Assembly: GCA_963798915.1 (NCBI GenBank)
Contig: CAWCVB010000005.1
Location: 217,291-281,290 of the forward strand
Direction: 5' to 3'
DNA: 64,000 bases
Source: an uncultured Gemmatimonadales bacterium
Lineage (GTDB): Bacteria > Gemmatimonadota > Gemmatimonadetes > Gemmatimonadales > GWC2-71-9
The stretch's first letter is position 1; each line of letters starts with the position of its first letter. The translations under genes were made by a program, and so were the position numbers. The notes under the pieces were generated by a model. It saw nothing but the letters and a program-made list of their open reading frames with translations. It searched no databases and was not told the DNA's origin. This document shows, piece after piece, positions 38,378 through 49,049 of this stretch.

Positions 38378-40980
38378 GTGACTCCACTCGTTTTTCACCT
38401 GCTGCCGCACACCCATTGGGACCGCGAGTGGTACGAGACCCGCGCCGGTTTCCTGGCGCGGCTCGTGCCCATGTTGGACCAGGCACTGGATCAGCTTGCC
38501 ATCGCCCCCGCCGTGACCTTTCTGCTGGACGGCCAGACCGTACTCCTGCGCGACTACCTGGCAGTCCGGCCAGGAGCCGGACCGAGCGTCGCCCGGATGG
38601 CCGAGCGCGGCCAGCTGCAGGTTGGTCCATGGTACATCCTCGCCGACGAGCTCATCCCCTCGGGAGAGTCGCTGGTCAGGAACCTGCTCCTTGGCCGGAG
38701 CGACGCAGCGGAGCTCGGCGGCGCGCTCGCGACACTCTACTCGCCGGATGCCTTCGGGCATCCCGGCACGCTGCCCATGCTGGCGCGCGAGTTTGGCCTT
38801 GGCGGTCTGGTGCTCTGGCGGGGCCGCGCCGGGCAGCACGATCTGTTCCGCTGGCAGGCTCCAGACGGGACCACGCTGCCAGTGTATCACCTTCCGCCCG
38901 AGGGCTATGAAGTGGCAGCCGGGCTGCCGGCCGATCCCGCTCGGCTCCGGGTGGTGTGGCCCGCGCTGCGGGCTCGGCTGGTCGCATCGAGCTACCTCGC
39001 GGCACGTCGCGCTCTTCATGGGTGCCGATCATCACGGCCTGCGCAACGACATCGAGGCCGTTGCCAGCTCGCTTCGGGTCTTGGAGCCCGCCGCAGAGGT
39101 GCGAATCTCCCGCCTGGATGACTTCTTGACGGTGGCGGCGGCCGAGGCTGAGATCAACGGAATCGCCGTGGAGAGCGGCGAGCTCCGGGCGGGATACGGC
39201 CACACCTGGTCGCTGCAGGGGGTGCATGGAACCCGTCTGCCACTGAAGCGGCTCAACAGTGCGACGGAATTGCTGCTGGAGCGGCTCGCCGAGCCGCTGG
39301 CATCGCTCGCGGCCATGGTCGCCGGCCGGCGCCGGGCGGGATCGGCCGCGCAACTGGCTGCTGCCTGGCGTTCGGTGCTGGAGTCACAGTTCCATGACAC
39401 CATCTGCGGGACCGTGAATGACGCCACGGCGAATGAAGCCGCAATGAGACTGGCGAATGCAGGCACACTGGGCCGCGCAGTACTGCGCACTAGCCTCGAG
39501 ACGCTCGGCGCTATTTCCGATGTCGCGGTCGCGATCCAACCTGACGCCGGCACCTTGGTCAGCTGGAACCCGCGGGTAACTGGTATCGGCGGTATCGGCA
39601 TCGTCGATATCACCCGCTTCCGAACCGACTTGCTGGTTGGTCCGCCCGACGGGCGGACCCCGCGGAAGGTGGAGCGGCACAGTGCCTTCTCGCTGCAGCT
39701 GCGGGATGGCACTCCGCTGGAAATGCAGGTGCTCGGCAGGCGGCTGGCGATCGAACGGATCGATTCCGCTGCACGGTATCCCGATGCCGACGTGGTTGAT
39801 CTGGTGCGCGTGGCCGTGGCCATGCCGCCGCAGCCCGGCCTCAGTCTCACGCAGGGCGGCATTCACTCGGCGGCGAGCCGCTCCAATCCGCGGTATCCCG
39901 TCACGGGCCGTGGACTGACGCTCGAGAATCACTGTCTCCGGGTTGCGGCCAATGAAGACGGCTCGCTCGATCTTTCCAGTCGGAACGGCGGCACGTTGTC
40001 CTCCAGCTTGAGCTGGGAGATCCAGGCAGACGCCGGGGATTGCTACACGGTGGGCCTGCGGGGTTCAGTCCGGCGCATCCACTGGCCCATGCAGTGGCGC
40101 CTCCTGGCCAGCGGCCCGCTGGTCGCCGCGCTGGAGGGGCGCGCCGAGGCGGATGAGCTCACGGTGCGGCTGCTGGTGGAGCTGCGGCGCGATGAGCCAT
40201 TCGTCCGCTGGCGCGGCGACCTCTGGAACGACGGGTGCGACCGCCGGCTCCGGCTCCAGGTTCCGGTCGGAGGCGCGCGCCAGGCGGTGGCCGGGTCGAC
40301 GTTTGGATTTGAGCGCCGTCCCGTTCCGATGGCTTCGCCAACTTGGCCCGGCGAGCAGTTCGTTTCGACCGCGCCAGCGCACCGTTTCGTGGCGGCTGCC
40401 GGTGGAATGGGAGGTGCAGCGCTCCTGGTGCCCGGATTCATGGAATACGAACTGAGTGACGACGGCAGCCTCCGGTTTACGGTGTTGCGCTCGGTGGGCG
40501 AACTTTCACGGGACGACCTGCCGGAGCGACCGGGCCATGCTGCCTGGCCCACCTCAGTGCCCGGCGCCCAGTGTCCCGCGGCGTCCTCCTGTCACCTGGC
40601 ACTCCTGCCATGCACCAGGGCGGAGGCCGAGGATCCCGTGCATCTGTTTGACGCGTGGGAGGCCGCCTTCCTGGGTCCGCAGTTGCGCTGGTTCCGGGGC
40701 CGCCAGGGATCCCCGTCGGCCGACGCTTCCATCGAGCTTGAGGGAGCAGGCCTGGTGGTCAGCGCCGTCAAGCCGGCCCAGGATGGTGATGGCGTCCATC
40801 TTGCGCGCCCTGAATCTCACCGATACAGCGGTGGAGGGATGCTGGCGCATACGTCCCGCCCCATCGCAGGCATGGCTGGTCCGGGCGGACGAGTCGCCGG
40901 TCGGTCCGCTCGCGATCGCCGGTGAGACGGTGCGCTTCCGGGCCGCCGCTCGTTCGCTCGTTTCCATCAGGTCGCAATGA
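38378..40980 (+). pseudogene. GH38 alpha-mannosidase-like glycoside hydrolase with two +1 frameshifts (near 38987 and 40797; probably sequencing errors)
   Basis: HTHWDREWY, LDGQT, GPWY..DE..SGESLVRNL, PDAFGH in frame 1; MGADH, QFHD.ICG, LRSVG in frame 2; VILRALN.. in frame 3; total length is 3n+2. Confidence 0.85.
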
Positions 40981-42074
40981 CACTACCAGCGGCAAGGCTT
41001 CGGTCCCTCGACGTGTTCCGGGGTCTGGCCATCGCCGGCATGATCCTGGTCAATAATCCGGGGAGCTGGAGCTACGTCTATCCACCGTTGGACCATGCGC
41101 CCTGGAATGGCTGGACGCCCACCGATCTGGTCTTTCCATTCTTTCTTTTTGCCGTCGGCGTGGCCATGACCTACTCGTTCCGTCGCCGGGCAGGCGAGGG
41201 TGCCACTCGAGCGGCACTCTTCCGGCGAATCGTCTGGCGTTCGCTGCTTCTGTTCGTGATCGGCCTGCTGCTCAACCTGATCCCGGGTTTCGATTTGCAT
41301 ACGCTGCGGATAATGGGAGTGCTGCAGCGCATTGCCGTTGTCTATTTCATCAGCGCAACACTGTTCCTGGTGTGCTCGCGCCGGGTCCTGGCGCTTGTTG
41401 GCGGTGCCCTGCTGATCGGCTATTGGCTGGCCATGACGCTGGTCCCGGTTCCCGGGTTCGGTGCCGGGGTGTTAGAGCCGGTGGGCAACCTGGCCCAGTT
41501 CATCGACAGTCACATTCTCGCCGGTCACATGTGGAAGCCAGAGTGGGATCCGGAAGGCCTGCTGAGCACGCTGCCCGCTGTAGTCACGAGCTTGCTGGGT
41601 GTCTACACCGGCCTCACCCTCCAGCGGGCCGAACTTCCGGCCGAGCGCACCAGCCGGGTGGCTGTGGCAGGATTCGTCGCGCTGTTGGCTGGCTGGATCT
41701 GGAACAGCTGGTTTCCCATCAACAAGAACCTCTGGACCAGCTCATACGTGCTGTTCACAGGCGGACTGGCCATGCTGACGCTGGCCACACTTTACTGGTG
41801 GATCGACGTGCGGCAGTACCGCCGCTGGAGCACGCCGCTCCGCGTGTATGGCGTGAACGCGCTGCTGGCCTTCGTGCTCTCGGGCCTGGTCGCCCGGTTG
41901 TTGAACGTATGGAACATTGATCACGAGCCTGCCCGAGGCTGGATGTATCGGCACCTCTTTGCCCAGTGGGCGGGCTCGATGAACGGTTCACTGTTCTTCG
42001 CGATGGCCTACGTGGTCTTCTGGTATGCCGTCCTGCTGGTGCTCGACAAGCGGGGATGGAACGTCCGATTGTGA
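40977..42074 (+). CDS. Heparan-alpha-glucosaminide N-acetyltransferase-like membrane protein (HGSNAT/NagX)
   Basis: RL.SLDVFRG..MILVNNPG, HA.W.G.T.TDLVFPFFLF, GVLQRI, DPEG.LST, PINKNLWTSSY. Confidence 0.9.
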   Translation: MTLPAARLRSLDVFRGLAIAGMILVNNPGSWSYVYPPLDHAPWNGWTPTDLVFPFFLFAVGVAMTYSFRRRAGEGATRAALFRRIVWRSLLLFVIGLLLNLIPGFDLHTLRIMGVLQRIAVVYFISATLFLVCSRRVLALVGGALLIGYWLAMTLVPVPGFGAGVLEPVGNLAQFIDSHILAGHMWKPEWDPEGLLSTLPAVVTSLLGVYTGLTLQRAELPAERTSRVAVAGFVALLAGWIWNSWFPINKNLWTSSYVLFTGGLAMLTLATLYWWIDVRQYRRWSTPLRVYGVNALLAFVLSGLVARLLNVWNIDHEPARGWMYRHLFAQWAGSMNGSLFFAMAYVVFWYAVLLVLDKRGWNVRL

Positions 42075-42097
42075 CCAGCCTCGCCAGGCTGGCGGCG

Positions 42098-42943
42098 TCA
42101 GCCGCGGCGCGTCGGGTCGAGCGCATCCTGCAGTGCGTCACCCAGCAGGGTGGACGCCAGGACCACCAGCACGAGCGCCACGCCGGGCGCGAGTGCCACC
42201 CACGGCGCATTCACGAGCGTGTCACGCCCGGAGGCGATCATCGTGCCCCACGATGAGGCGGGAGGTTGGACGCCGACGCCAAGGAAGGAGAGCCCCGCCT
42301 CGAGCATGATGGCGTTGCCAAATCCGAGTGCTGCCGCGACCAGCGCCGGAGTGAGCACGTTGGGGATCACGTGCCGCATGAGCAGGCGGAGCCGGTTCCC
42401 ACCCAGCGCTCTCGCGCTATCAATAAACGGCCGGGCCATGATCGAACGCGCCTCGCCAAAGACCAGTCGTGCGACGCTCATCCACCCGGTGACGCCCAGG
42501 ACAATCACTACCAGCGCGGCACTCGGCTGCCAGAGCGCGGCAAGCAGGAGGAGGAGCACCACGCGGGGCAGGGCCAGGGCGAAGTCCGTGGCGGCGAGCA
42601 GGCCGGTGCGCACTACGCCGCGGGAGGCGCCGGCGATGGCGCCGATCGAGACGCCGAGCAGCGAAGAAATGAGTACGGCCAGCGCCCCGACCGTGAGCGA
42701 CAGGCGAGCACCATAGAGCAGGCGAGCCCAGACATCCCGGCCCAGCCGGTCGGTGCCAAGCAAATGATAGATGCCTCGAAAGTCGGTGGAGCCCGGCCCC
42801 AGAAACCGGGTGGCGACCACGTCAGTCGTGGTATCGGGCCCGATGCTGGTGACCATAGGCGCCGCCACGGCCAGCGTGATAATGGCGCCCAGGATCAGTG
42901 CGCCTGCGAAAGCGCGGCCGTCCCGTCTCCTGCGGCCCATCAT
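42098..42943 (-). CDS. Peptide/nickel ABC transporter permease (DppC/OppC)
   Basis: LLGTDRLGRDV..RL.YGAR.SL; EAA-loop FIDSARALG; EAGLSFLG.G..PP.SWG. Confidence 0.92.
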   Translation of the reverse strand: MMGRRRRDGRAFAGALILGAIITLAVAAPMVTSIGPDTTTDVVATRFLGPGSTDFRGIYHLLGTDRLGRDVWARLLYGARLSLTVGALAVLISSLLGVSIGAIAGASRGVVRTGLLAATDFALALPRVVLLLLLAALWQPSAALVVIVLGVTGWMSVARLVFGEARSIMARPFIDSARALGGNRLRLLMRHVIPNVLTPALVAAALGFGNAIMLEAGLSFLGVGVQPPASSWGTMIASGRDTLVNAPWVALAPGVALVLVVLASTLLGDALQDALDPTRRG

Positions 42944-43911
42944 CGGGCGTGTCCCCGAAGCCGCGGATCGGTCCATGCCGCGAGCCACTCGGCCAGCAGA
43001 TTGCCCACGACGACCAGTGTTGCGATGATCGCCGTGGAGGCCATGACGACCGGATAGTCGCGCGCCTGGACAGCGCCCACCAGGACCCGGCCCACTCCGG
43101 GCCATGCGAAGATAGCTTCGACGAACACCGCGCCGGAGAACAGGGCCGGCAGCGAAAGGCCGAGCAGCGTCACCACCGGGACGAGCGCGTTCCGAAGCAC
43201 ATGATGGAAGCGGATGCGACGCCTCGAGATGCCCTTTGCAGCGGCGACCGTGACGAACGCTTCGCCCTGAATGTCGAGCATCGCGGCGCGGACAAATCGC
43301 GCGGTGCCCGCGAGCCCGATCAGGGTGAGGGTGCAGAGTGGCAAGAGCAGGTGCCGGAGTGCGTCGAGAATCCGGGCTCCCGGCGCCAGGAAATCTGCAT
43401 CGAGTCCGGTGGCCCCGAAGGCGGGCAGCCAGCGCAGCGCGTAGGCGAACAGCATGATGAGCATGAGCCCGAGCCAGTAGCTGGGCATCGCGAACAGGGT
43501 GACCGTCAAGATGGAGAGGCCGGTGTCCACGGACGAGCGGTTGTGCGCCGCCTGCACCGCGCCGATGGCGATGCCGAGCAGGTAGCTCAAGAGCAGCGAC
43601 AGTCCGGCCAGCTCCACGGTGCGCGGCCATGCGCGGCCGATCATCCGGCGGACCGGCTCGCCCGTCGCGATGGAGCGGCCCCAGTCGCCGCGCACGAACG
43701 CCGCGGCCCAGCGGCCCAGCTGCGCCGGAAGCGGCTGGTCCAGTCCCAGCGCCCGACGCTGCGCTGCAACCTGTCCCGGAGCCGCGTCGGGTCCGAGAAG
43801 TCGCCGCACCGGGTCGCCCGGAGCCGCGTGGAGCAGGATAAACGTCAGCACCAGGACCCCGCCAATCACGGCGGCACCACGAGCCAGGCGGACCAGCATG
43901 GATGCCAGCAT
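42940..43911 (-). CDS. Peptide/nickel ABC transporter permease (DppB/OppB)
   Basis: APGDP, GLDQP, GDWGRS, AKG, RNAL.P, E.IFAWPG.G, RDYP. Confidence 0.92.
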   Translation of the reverse strand: MLASMLVRLARGAAVIGGVLVLTFILLHAAPGDPVRRLLGPDAAPGQVAAQRRALGLDQPLPAQLGRWAAAFVRGDWGRSIATGEPVRRMIGRAWPRTVELAGLSLLLSYLLGIAIGAVQAAHNRSSVDTGLSILTVTLFAMPSYWLGLMLIMLFAYALRWLPAFGATGLDADFLAPGARILDALRHLLLPLCTLTLIGLAGTARFVRAAMLDIQGEAFVTVAAAKGISRRRIRFHHVLRNALVPVVTLLGLSLPALFSGAVFVEAIFAWPGVGRVLVGAVQARDYPVVMASTAIIATLVVVGNLLAEWLAAWTDPRLRGHAR

Positions 43912-43927
43912 GGGCCTATTCTACCGC
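43912..43927. promoter_or_regulatory. Overlapping bidirectional -10 elements driving two leaderless genes
   Basis: TATTCT (+, 43917-22) lies 5 nt before ATG 43928; TAGAAT (-, 43923-18) lies 6 nt before ATG 43911; no room for an RBS. Confidence 0.55.
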
Positions 43928-45361
43928 ATGATGGAAGCACGAAACAGGCGGAAGGCCTGGGTGGTAATTTTGGCCCTCGCCGGGTGCACCCCGTCCGCGT
44001 CCCGGCGCGGCGCCACCGTGATGTTCGCATCCGGGGCCGACCTGCAGAGTATCAATCCCCTGCTCACGCCGCATCCGCTGGCGCACCAGGTGCAGCGCTA
44101 TGTGCTCTTCACCACCCTCGTCCGGCGCGACTCCCTCATGCAGATGCGGCCCTACCTCGCGCGCGCCTGGCACTGGTCAGCCGGCCGGCGAGAGCTCACG
44201 TTCACCCTGCATTCCGATGTCCGCTGGCATGACGGCGCGCCGACCACTGCCCGCGATGCTGCATGGACACTGGAGGCCGCCTGCGACAGCGTCACGGGAT
44301 TCCCGCGCTACCAGGAGCTCCGGAACCTCAAGGCGGTTCGCGCGACCAACGACAGCACGCTCGTGCTCACCTTCGGCGATGCGCAGTCCGCCATACCTGA
44401 CGTGCTGAGCGACCTGGCGATCCTGCCGGTACATCTGCTGGGCCGGGTGCCGCACGCCGCGCTTCGATCTGCCCAGTTCAACGAGCACCCGGTGGGCAAC
44501 GGGCCTTTTCGCTTTGTCTCCCACGAGGCCAATCGTCGCTGGGTGTTTCGCCGGAATGCGGACTTCCCGGCGTCACTCGGCGGCCCGCCGAAGCTCGATC
44601 GGTTCATCGTGGTTGTCGTGGATGAGCCCGCGACCAAGTTGGCGGCACTCACATCAGGCGAGCTCGATTTCGCCGGCATTCAGCCGGCGCATGCCTCCTT
44701 CGTCCGGCGAAATCCTGACCTGGCGGTCGTCACCTACCCGCTGCTCTTCACCTATGGGATCGTGCTGAATACCCGGCATGCGCCGTTCGACGACCTGCAC
44801 GTGCGCCAGCGGCTCTCGAACGCACTCGATCGCACGGAGATCGTGAATGGCTACCTGTTCGGCTTCGGGACGCCTGCGTGGGGACCGGTCCCGCCAGGCT
44901 TGCCGGGTGCGTTGGCACCGCCCGCTGAGGCAGAGGGCAGCGCGGTTCCTGCCGCGGCGGGCAGGATATCGTTCGAGCTGCTGACGGTCGGGTCTGGTGA
45001 AGCGGCCCTGGAGCAGCTGGTACAGGCACAGCTGGCGAGGGCCGGATTCGACGTTCATATCCGCCAGATGGAGCTGTCCGCCTTTCTCGATCGAGTCCAT
45101 GGCGCTGATCATGAGTTCGATGCCGCAGTCCTCGGCGTCGCCGGCGATCCTGGGCTCGGCTACCTTGCCCCGTTGCTCGAATTGAGCGGACTCGCCTCGA
45201 GCGGCGGCGCTGAGCAGCAGCAGCGTACATTTGCTCAGGAGATTCCCGTCGCGTTTCTCTATCACGCACGAGGCCTGCAGGGTATGAACCGCCGGGTACA
45301 TCACGTGACCATGGATCTCCGCGGCGAGCTGCCGACTGTGGCGCAGTGGACGGCCCAGTGA
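43928..45361 (+). CDS. ABC transporter substrate-binding lipoprotein, family 5 (peptide/oligosaccharide)
   Basis: Lipobox LAGC; PYLA..W, F.L...VRWHDG.P.TA.D, PVGNGPF. Confidence 0.9.
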   Translation: MMEARNRRKAWVVILALAGCTPSASRRGATVMFASGADLQSINPLLTPHPLAHQVQRYVLFTTLVRRDSLMQMRPYLARAWHWSAGRRELTFTLHSDVRWHDGAPTTARDAAWTLEAACDSVTGFPRYQELRNLKAVRATNDSTLVLTFGDAQSAIPDVLSDLAILPVHLLGRVPHAALRSAQFNEHPVGNGPFRFVSHEANRRWVFRRNADFPASLGGPPKLDRFIVVVVDEPATKLAALTSGELDFAGIQPAHASFVRRNPDLAVVTYPLLFTYGIVLNTRHAPFDDLHVRQRLSNALDRTEIVNGYLFGFGTPAWGPVPPGLPGALAPPAEAEGSAVPAAAGRISFELLTVGSGEAALEQLVQAQLARAGFDVHIRQMELSAFLDRVHGADHEFDAAVLGVAGDPGLGYLAPLLELSGLASSGGAEQQQRTFAQEIPVAFLYHARGLQGMNRRVHHVTMDLRGELPTVAQWTAQ

Positions 45362-46341
45362 CGGTGCGCCGCGCGCACGCGGCGGCACCCGTGCGTCTGG
45401 ACCTCGCCGGTGCGTGGACTGACGTGCCCCCGTTCTCGGAGCGAGAAGGCGGGGCCATCGTCGCCGTGGCCATCGACCTCAAGGTGCATGTCAATGTCCT
45501 TCCCGGCGGCCACATCGTGCAGCTGATTGCGGAGGACCTGGGCGTGCACGAGCAGATGGGCGATGCTCCCTCCAGCGTGCCCGTCCTTTCTCATGCGGTG
45601 CGGCGCCTGCCGGTCGGCGGCGCCACCATCATCTCGCGAAGCGATGCGCCCCCCGGCTCGGGGCTGGGCACCAGCGGCGCGCTCGGGGTCGCCGCCATCG
45701 CTGCGCTGCACCATGCACGGGGCGATGAGATCTCACCCGCTCGCGCAGCGCAGGAAGCATGGGAAGTCGAAACCAGGGACGCAGCGATTCCTGGCGGACG
45801 CCAGGACCAGTGGATGGCCGCTCTCGGCGGTTTTCGCTATCTCGAATTCTGCGATCCGGACATCCGGACCGAGCCGCTCGCGCTCGACGCGGCCTTCGTG
45901 ACGGAGCTGCAAGAGGCGATGGTGCTCTGCTACACGGGCGTGTCCCGAGTTTCCGGCAGCACCATCGCCCGGGTGATGGCAAGATATGAGGCGGGCGATG
46001 CCGAGGTGACCGATGCGTTGCGCGGCCTGCGGCAGCTGGCTGACGAAATGACCGCTGCGCTGCGCGCCGGCTCCATCGGGGAAGTCGCTGCCATCCTGAA
46101 CCGCAACTGGCAGTTGCAGCAGCGGCTCGACCCGGCGATGTGTACACAGGAGATGGCCACGCTCGAGCGTGCGGCTGCAGCCCATGGTGCACTGGGTGGA
46201 AAGGCAGCCGGCTCGGGCGCCGGTGGATGCATGTTCTTCGTGGCGCCCGGCTGCCGCGATGCCGTGGAGGCCGCGGCACGCGATGCCGGTGCGACAATTC
46301 TCAAAGTGCAGTGGGCACGGGAGGGTGTCACCACGTGGTAA
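45358..46341 (+). CDS. GHMP-family sugar kinase (HddA/fucokinase-like)
   Basis: APVRLDLAGAWTD, PPGSGLGTSG, GGRQDQ, GGK..GSGAGG. Confidence 0.88.
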   Translation: MTVRRAHAAAPVRLDLAGAWTDVPPFSEREGGAIVAVAIDLKVHVNVLPGGHIVQLIAEDLGVHEQMGDAPSSVPVLSHAVRRLPVGGATIISRSDAPPGSGLGTSGALGVAAIAALHHARGDEISPARAAQEAWEVETRDAAIPGGRQDQWMAALGGFRYLEFCDPDIRTEPLALDAAFVTELQEAMVLCYTGVSRVSGSTIARVMARYEAGDAEVTDALRGLRQLADEMTAALRAGSIGEVAAILNRNWQLQQRLDPAMCTQEMATLERAAAAHGALGGKAAGSGAGGCMFFVAPGCRDAVEAAARDAGATILKVQWAREGVTTW

Positions 46342-49049
46342 CGGCGGAAGATCTCGACGTGCGTCGGGCCCGGGTCAATGAGTCTGCCGACCTGCTGGCA
46401 TTGGAAAAGCGGATCGCCCAGGCGTCGGAACGGCTCCTGGCCACGATGCCGGTGGTGCCGGGCGAAAAGGCGCTGCTGTCGCGCGGTGGCGGACACTGTC
46501 CGGCTGACGGTACGCCGCTGGGTTTCGATCCCTGGTGCCCCGAACGGTGGACCTGCGCCGAATGTGGCGCGACGGCCGAGGGCGAACGGCACCGGCGCCA
46601 CTGGGCGCGCTACCAGCATCTCTGGCTCGCGGAACAGTCCGCCTCGCTCGCCGCTCTGTCGGCCCTCGGGGGGCATTCGCAGGCCGCCGATCGGGCAGCC
46701 GCCATCCTGCGAGCCTATGGCGACTACGCCGGGTATCCCAACGTTGACAACGTGCTAGGCCCGGCTCGCCTGTTCTTCTCCACCTATCTCGAATCGGTCT
46801 GGCTGAGCAACTGGCTTGCCGCCGCCGTGATGCTGCGGGAGGCCGGCCAGCTTCCCGCGGATCTGCCCGCGATCGTGGACGAGGTGGCCGATGAGGCCGC
46901 ATCCATCATCGGCGAGTTCAACGAGGGGTTCTCCAACCGACAAGTCTGGCATTCGGCGGCGCTCAGCGCCGTCGCCGTGTGGTTCGAGGATGCCGAGCTG
47001 GCGGAGCGTGCCATCGAAGGCGACAATGGCCTCCTCTCCCTCATGGCGCACGGTCTGGGCGGGGACGGGATGTGGCATGAGGGCGAGAACTATCACCTCT
47101 TCGCCCTGCAGGGCATGCTGACCGGCATTCGTTGGGCCAGGCTTTGCGGCATGGACCTCGTCGCTGATCCGTCGCTGGCGGCACATCTCGCGGCGGCCCT
47201 CCGCGCGCCGCTGATCACGGCGCTGCCTGATGCGACCTTCCCGGCGCGAAAGGATTCGCGATTCGGTGTGTCGCTCGCCCAGCCCATGTACCTGGAACTC
47301 TGGGAAGTCGGTCTGGGAATGCTCACCGGACGTGAGGGAGCGGATCTCGGGGGCATGGCCGACTGGCTTCGCGAGCGATACCGTGATCCGGCGCCGCCAG
47401 CCCGCCTGTTCGACTCGTGGTTGTATGAAGCCGGCCAGCCACTCCCACCGATGCGGGACCGGACCTCGCTCTCATGGAACGTCCTGCTGGAGGGCGTGCC
47501 TGAGCTGCCCGAGGAGGAGACCTGGACACCGCCCAGCACTCTCATGCAGTCGCAGGGGCTCGCCATCCTGCGTGACCCTCGGCGGTACGTGAGCCTTGAA
47601 GCTGGAGTGTGGAGCGGTGGGCATGGGCATCCCGACCGGCTCCATCTTTCGTACTTTGCCGATGGCGTCAACTGGCTCCCGGATCAGGGCGCAGGCAGCT
47701 ATCAGGATCCCGATCTCTTCTGGTATCGCTCGACCCTGGCGCACAACGCGCCGCTGCTGGATGGGCGATCACAACATGGTGGCGATGCGCATTGTGACGC
47801 ATTCGAGGTCGGGCCGTGGTCCTGGGTCCAGGCCAGTTGGGACGATGTCACGCGGACAATCGTGCTGGGACCCGACTACCTGCTCGATGTGGTGCACCTT
47901 GCCAGCGCGCAGCGCCGGCGACTCGAGCTCCCCTGGCATTTCGCCGGGACGCTCACCAGTACGCCTTCGGAACTCGCGACCGACGTGTCACTGGGCGACT
48001 TTGTTCGGGACGTGCGCCATATCGCGCCTGACGCGGAACGACAGGGCTGGTCGCTCGCCTGGATCGAGCGTGACCAGCACCTGATTGCCAGCATGGCTGG
48101 CGAGGGGGATCTCTACTCGGCCGACGGTCCGGGCCTGCCGGGCGGTCCCGGCCGGCGGTTCGTGTTGCGCCGCGCCAGCGGGATCGATCTCCGTTTCGTG
48201 ACGGTCGTGTGCGCAGAAGGTGAGGCACCGCACCTATCACTGGAAGGGGCGACCATCATCGTGGAGCGCGGCGGCGAGCGGCACGTGCACGCCGCACTCA
48301 GTGACGGATGGGAGGTGCAGCTCGGCACCAGTCGGGTCCGGTTGGGCGGCCGCCTGCTCAGACAACCACCTTTCGAACCGTTGTTGACGCGAATCCGCAA
48401 CGAGCCCGCCCGCGGCACCGCCCTCCTGGTGCCGGAGCCGCCGGAGCTCGACGGCACGCTCCAGGGCTTCGACACCACCGCACCGCTCATGCTGGACCAC
48501 GATGACCAGTACCGCCGAAGCGAGTCGCCCTACCTGGGCCCCGAGGACTTCAGCGCCGAGGCCTCGGTCAATTGGGACCAGGATGCCCTGTACGTCGCCG
48601 CGGAGATCCACAAGGATGCGCTCCAGTTCCGCCCTGGCGACTCGACGCCGCTCGACTTTGACAACGAAGTGGAGGATATCAACTCGGATGGATTGCAGCT
48701 CTATCTTCGGGCTCCTGACGGTGAACTCTGGGGGGCGCTCGTGGTGCCGGAGGAAGGCGGCGGCCTCCGCGTTCGCGGCGTCGGCGAGACATTGGTCACG
48801 CCGGGCTCCGTGACCGGCGCCTGGCAGCGAGTCAAGGGGGGTTATCGCGTCACCCTCGCCCTCGCACCGACGTTCTGGGGCGACCTTGCCCTCGCCAACG
48901 AGGTCCGCTTCGACCTTGCGATCAACGAAATGCGCCCGGGCCGACAGCGTCGCGCGGGACAATTGATCTGGAGCGGCGGCGGCGGCTGGGTCTACCTGCT
49001 TGGTGACCGGCAGGACGTTGCACGGCTCGGTGTGCTCGACCTGGCATGA
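46335..49049 (+). CDS. Heparinase II/III-domain polysaccharide lyase-like protein with C-terminal CBM9-like domain
   Basis: N..W, DG.WHEGENYH, GHGHPDRL, WY.STLAHN...DG; C-terminal WD..ALY, D.LQLY, FDLAINE; no signal peptide. Confidence 0.78.
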   Translation: MVTAEDLDVRRARVNESADLLALEKRIAQASERLLATMPVVPGEKALLSRGGGHCPADGTPLGFDPWCPERWTCAECGATAEGERHRRHWARYQHLWLAEQSASLAALSALGGHSQAADRAAAILRAYGDYAGYPNVDNVLGPARLFFSTYLESVWLSNWLAAAVMLREAGQLPADLPAIVDEVADEAASIIGEFNEGFSNRQVWHSAALSAVAVWFEDAELAERAIEGDNGLLSLMAHGLGGDGMWHEGENYHLFALQGMLTGIRWARLCGMDLVADPSLAAHLAAALRAPLITALPDATFPARKDSRFGVSLAQPMYLELWEVGLGMLTGREGADLGGMADWLRERYRDPAPPARLFDSWLYEAGQPLPPMRDRTSLSWNVLLEGVPELPEEETWTPPSTLMQSQGLAILRDPRRYVSLEAGVWSGGHGHPDRLHLSYFADGVNWLPDQGAGSYQDPDLFWYRSTLAHNAPLLDGRSQHGGDAHCDAFEVGPWSWVQASWDDVTRTIVLGPDYLLDVVHLASAQRRRLELPWHFAGTLTSTPSELATDVSLGDFVRDVRHIAPDAERQGWSLAWIERDQHLIASMAGEGDLYSADGPGLPGGPGRRFVLRRASGIDLRFVTVVCAEGEAPHLSLEGATIIVERGGERHVHAALSDGWEVQLGTSRVRLGGRLLRQPPFEPLLTRIRNEPARGTALLVPEPPELDGTLQGFDTTAPLMLDHDDQYRRSESPYLGPEDFSAEASVNWDQDALYVAAEIHKDALQFRPGDSTPLDFDNEVEDINSDGLQLYLRAPDGELWGALVVPEEGGGLRVRGVGETLVTPGSVTGAWQRVKGGYRVTLALAPTFWGDLALANEVRFDLAINEMRPGRQRRAGQLIWSGGGGWVYLLGDRQDVARLGVLDLA

